Virus record (IMG/VR): IMGVR_UViG_3300020045_012925
Length of the DNA: 64,000 bases
Source: an uncultured virus (IMG/VR IMGVR_UViG_3300020045_012925)
Taxonomy: Duplodnaviria; Heunggongvirae; Uroviricota; Caudoviricetes
Direction: 5' to 3' (one strand)
Under the pieces are notes generated by a model. The model searched no databases, had not been told where the DNA came from, and worked only from the letters and a program-made list of their open reading frames with translations. The number at the start of each line of letters is the position of its first letter. The first letter of the stretch is position 1. Below, piece after piece: positions 60,702-64,000 of this stretch. The position numbers were made by a program, and so were the translations under genes.

Positions 60702-61622
60702 ATGGGTGTTATTACTACTAATAATTTTGCCAAGGATCTTATTCCTGGGGTAAAAACCTGGTTCGGCCAAAAATATAAAGAGTATCCAATTGAGTATTTA
60801 GATATCTTTGAGAAGATGAACTCAACTCGGGCATTTGAAGAAGAAGTTGGTGTAACCGGATTTGGTCTGGCAGCTATAAAAAATGAAGGTACAAACATTG
60901 CTTATGATGAACAAGAGCAGGGCTTTGTATCAAGATATACACATGTCACATACGGATTAGGTTTTATTATTACCCGTGAAATGTATGAAGATGGTATTGC
61001 GGTTACTGTCGCCTTGAGACGTGCAAATAGTTTGGCCTTTTCAATCCGGCAGACCAAAGAAATCGTTGGTGCTAATATATTGAATAGAGCTTTTACTGCA
61101 GCTTATACTATGGGATCTAATTCAGATGGCAAGGAATTGTGTGCTACTGATCATCCTAATAAAGCAGGCGGTACTTGGAGAAATGAATTATCTACTGCAG
61201 CTGATTTGAGTGAATCTGCTCTTGAACAGGCTTGTATTGATATTGCTGGCTTCACTACAGATAAAGGTTTAACTATTGCCATTCGTCCAAAAGCTTTGAT
61301 TATTCCACAGGCTCTGGAATTTGATGCTTATAGAATTTTGGAATCCATTGGGCAGTCTGGAACTGCAAATAATGATATAAACGCTTTGCGTTCCAGTGGT
61401 AAGTTTCCTCAAGGTATTATGGTTAATCATTATCTTACGGATACTGATGCATGGTTTATTAAAACTGATTGCCCGGACGGTCTTAAATATATGGAACGTC
61501 GTGCAGATTCTTTCGGCACAGAGAATGACTTTGATACTGAGAATGCAAAATTCAAAGCTACATTTAGAGGCAGCTTTGGTTGGTCTGACCCAAGAGGAAT
61601 TTTTGGTTCTCCTGGAGCTTAA
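60702..61622 (+). CDS. Major capsid protein
   Basis: 306 aa; 'STRAFEEE..GFG.A..K.EG', 'LIIPQALEF', 'HYLTDTDAWF', 'FGWSDPRG'. Confidence 0.85.
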   Translation: MGVITTNNFAKDLIPGVKTWFGQKYKEYPIEYLDIFEKMNSTRAFEEEVGVTGFGLAAIKNEGTNIAYDEQEQGFVSRYTHVTYGLGFIITREMYEDGIAVTVALRRANSLAFSIRQTKEIVGANILNRAFTAAYTMGSNSDGKELCATDHPNKAGGTWRNELSTAADLSESALEQACIDIAGFTTDKGLTIAIRPKALIIPQALEFDAYRILESIGQSGTANNDINALRSSGKFPQGIMVNHYLTDTDAWFIKTDCPDGLKYMERRADSFGTENDFDTENAKFKATFRGSFGWSDPRGIFGSPGA

Positions 61623-61704
61623 TTAATTGTTGTTCATTTTATGAACCTAACTTAATGAGCCGACCACTTGGAAGGCTCACATAAGTTTTATATAGGAGAA
61701 ATTT

Positions 61705-62643
61705 ATGTCTGTTACAAATTTTCCAAATGGAATTGCATTTGATAAGTCAAAGTATATTTCATTTTCTTCTGGTAATACTGTACCAACAACTGGCACGACT
61801 GGATACAATCCTGGATGCATATTTATTAAGAGTAATGTATCTTTAGGTCAAGCAACACATTGGACGAACATGGGAACAGAAACATCATGCTTATTCGTTC
61901 CAACAGGTACAGTTTATGGTTATGGAATTAAATTGGCTGATGGTCCAATTACAAGTGCTGGTGGCGATACAACTGAAACGATTTCTCGTCCAAGTTTAAT
62001 CGTATCCAATGATATTGCATTTGTTAATCATGAAGTAACTGATGATTCAGATCAAATTGTTGCAGCAATGGCAACGGATAATACGATAACAATTACAGGT
62101 TCAGCTGATCCTTCTACAGCACATGGATATGTTTTTGCTACATTAAGAAACAGATGTATTCCTGAATGGGATATCGTAGCTGCTGGAACGCATACAACTG
62201 CTGGTGGAGCCGCTGCAGAAGCAATCACCATATCTGGCGTACTTGCTACTGATATTGCATTTGTAAATTACGGTGCAACCAATGATACCGATGTAATTAC
62301 AAAAGCTGTTTGTAGTGCAAATACTTTAACAGTAACTTGTTCAGCTGATCCAAGTACAGCTCATAGCATACATTATGTGGTGATTCGTCCAAGAGGGACA
62401 TTTAAACCAAGTCATTATATCGCATATGCTGGCAAGCACACTACAGTTGGAGGTGCAGCTGCAGAAGCAGTAACAATCTCCGGAGCATTGTCTACAGATA
62501 TTCCAATCGTCATATACAATACAACCAACGATACCGATAGTATTCTTAAAGTTGTAATGACAACAGATACAATGACTGTAACCTGTTCCGCTGATCCATC
62601 AACTGTACATGCTTTCAGTTATATGTTGCTTAGAGCATATTAG
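61705..62643 (+). CDS. Virion protein with three ~80-aa tandem beta repeats
   Basis: Repeat ...AGGxxxExITISG..TDI..ND.D..T.TVT.SADPST.H..Y..R three times. Confidence 0.65.
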   Translation: MSVTNFPNGIAFDKSKYISFSSGNTVPTTGTTGYNPGCIFIKSNVSLGQATHWTNMGTETSCLFVPTGTVYGYGIKLADGPITSAGGDTTETISRPSLIVSNDIAFVNHEVTDDSDQIVAAMATDNTITITGSADPSTAHGYVFATLRNRCIPEWDIVAAGTHTTAGGAAAEAITISGVLATDIAFVNYGATNDTDVITKAVCSANTLTVTCSADPSTAHSIHYVVIRPRGTFKPSHYIAYAGKHTTVGGAAAEAVTISGALSTDIPIVIYNTTNDTDSILKVVMTTDTMTVTCSADPSTVHAFSYMLLRAY

Positions 62644-62648
62644 ATGTT

Positions 62649-62735
62649 ATGCCTATTACGAATTTTCCTAATGGTATAACAGTTGGAAATGTTACTCTGG
62701 ATTCATCTGGGGTAACATTATCCGATACTGTTTGA
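62649..62735 (+). pseudogene. Remnant paralog of the 61705 gene N-terminus
   Basis: MPITNFPNGITVG... (28 aa) versus MSVTNFPNGIAF. Confidence 0.45.
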
Positions 62736-62780
62736 AATAAATAATGTTGGTTCAGAAAATGAATATAGTTAAGGAATATT

Positions 62781-63089
62781 ATGACTTACAAACCCGGAGA
62801 TTATTTAGTCATTTGTGATCGTTGTGGATTTCAACGTTACGCAACGGAATGTAAAATGACTTGGGATGGATATTTTGTTTGTGAGGATACTTGCTGGGAA
62901 CCTAAGCACGAGCATTTTAATCCACCAAAACCTCTGGGTGAAAAGCAATCAGTGCCTGTTCTCAGAACTGAGGATTTATTAAATTTTGCCTCATCAATAA
63001 GTAATGAAACCTTAGAATCTACAGTAACTCAAAGTGTTAAAAGTGATGGATATTTTATTACAACTCCAATTACTGGAGATGACTTATGA
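62781..63089 (+). CDS. Conserved Cys-containing head-module protein
   Basis: ICDRCGF..WDG..VC...CWEPKH. Confidence 0.55.
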   Translation: MTYKPGDYLVICDRCGFQRYATECKMTWDGYFVCEDTCWEPKHEHFNPPKPLGEKQSVPVLRTEDLLNFASSISNETLESTVTQSVKSDGYFITTPITGDDL

Positions 63090-63733
63090 CTTATGAAGAA
63101 TTAATTTCAGCTGTCTCAAAGATTATTCAAGATGCTTCATTTACAAATTCTGATATTGGTATATATATTAATCAGGCACAGCTTGAAATTGCAGGTGGAA
63201 TGCAGTCTGCTTTAGGTGATTGGATAACTCCTCCATTACCAAAATTGCTAACCATTGATACTGTTACTACTGATGTTGATTTAGCATATGTTGATCTTCC
63301 TATTGATTTTCATAGAGGATTACAATTCGCTGCTTCAGTAAATGGTTATGAAATAGATATTTCTGATTCATTCATATCTTTTAGTGAAGTATATCCGTTA
63401 CTTAACAAATCAGGCAGTATTTCAGAAGTTTGTGAATTTGGTGGAGTTCTTTATTACCAAGGTATTCCTTTAGTGGCTGAAGATATTACAATTCACTATT
63501 ATAAAGAACCTACTGAAATGGTTAGTGATGATGATGAACCATCTGGAATTCCTACTCATTTGCAAAAATCTTTATTAGTAAATCATGCTGCTTGGAAAAT
63601 ATATGAATTAATTGAAGATGGTCTTGAAGGTCCAGGAGTAAATACTCAACGTTATATGCAATTATTCATGAATGCCTTGAAAATATTAGAGTTATCAATT
63701 CCATATGATACCAGAGGAATGGATTTAATATGA
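63086..63733 (+). CDS. Head-tail adaptor protein
   Basis: 'YINQAQLEI', 'YVDLPIDF', 'HYYKEP', 'IPTHLQ.LLV' adaptor-like motifs. Confidence 0.65.
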   Translation: MTYEELISAVSKIIQDASFTNSDIGIYINQAQLEIAGGMQSALGDWITPPLPKLLTIDTVTTDVDLAYVDLPIDFHRGLQFAASVNGYEIDISDSFISFSEVYPLLNKSGSISEVCEFGGVLYYQGIPLVAEDITIHYYKEPTEMVSDDDEPSGIPTHLQKSLLVNHAAWKIYELIEDGLEGPGVNTQRYMQLFMNALKILELSIPYDTRGMDLI

Positions 63734-64000
63734 GTGATCCTATAGTAATATTCCGAGGTACATCCGGGCTTAATACAGTAGCTGATCCTGCAAGAATTCC
63801 AATAGCTAATAATGCTATATCAGACGTGGCAGAGTTAGTCAATATGCGAATTGATCAATATAATAGGCCATCAAAACGTGTTGGACAAACAGTTAAATCT
63901 GAAGGTAAATTTCATTCTTTATATTGCGATAATGGAGATTGTTTTGTAGCTAAAGATAATGCAACATCCACGAGTATTTATAAAGTTAATAATGATGGAA
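63730..64000 (+). CDS. Tail protein N-terminus (3'-truncated by window edge)
   Basis: ATGA overlap; MSDPIVIFRGTSGLNTVADPARI..NMRID..SKRVG open to end. Confidence 0.65.
   Translation, partial: MSDPIVIFRGTSGLNTVADPARIPIANNAISDVAELVNMRIDQYNRPSKRVGQTVKSEGKFHSLYCDNGDCFVAKDNATSTSIYKVNNDG

Noticed and set aside
624..61626. Many antisense or alternate-frame ORFs in the track (e.g. 624-833, 3283-3615, 19107-19409, 33856-34293, 49562-49948, 55392-55787, 61396-61626)
   Set aside because: Shadow ORFs overlapping well-supported genes
11705..61646. LexA box as explanation of the GTTCA-N5-TGAAC palindrome
   Set aside because: Known boxes are GAAC-N4-GTTC or GTTC-N7-GTTC; orientation differs and most sites are not at promoters. 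An unknown host regulator is not excluded

Overview
AT-rich tailed dsDNA bacteriophage. The window looks like a nearly complete, circularly permuted genome of just over 64 kb: the ORF running off the right end and the ORF entering at the left end look like two parts of one tail gene. The + strand late arm (53.3 kb to the end, continuing at 1-19.5 kb) encodes terminases, portal, GroES, scaffold, major capsid, adaptor/tail proteins, a 2345-aa polyvalent ejection-type protein and lysis genes. I see no sheath or tape measure, so it is probably podovirus-like. The - strand arm (19.6-52.7 kb) encodes a UDG-fused family A DNA polymerase, a DUF3987 helicase-like protein, a DnaQ exonuclease, a ParB-methyltransferase fusion, ThyX, NAD ligase, an RNA-ligase-like protein, dCMP deaminase, MazG, a Cas4-like/Sak4/SSB recombination module, UvrD, a radical SAM enzyme, tRNA-Leu(UAA) and many small genes. 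No integrase, ParA or primase was recognised. Strongest unexplained signals: (1) a palindrome GTTCA-N5-TGAAC found 8 times across the genome, alongside a ParB(CTPase/HTH)-methyltransferase fusion, a candidate parS-like load-and-spread methylation system; (2) a ~243-nt structured RNA candidate abutting the tRNA; (3) gene-sized inserts flanked by 15-29 bp direct repeats, mostly RBS+ATG; (4) a 2-kb non-coding control region with inverted repeats, TATGACGTA boxes, (TA)n tracts and strand-polarised TGCCTG motifs; (5) a frameshifted Tad2-like anti-defence gene and a stand-alone NrdD glycyl-radical domain. All calls come from reading motifs by eye; no searches or computations were run.
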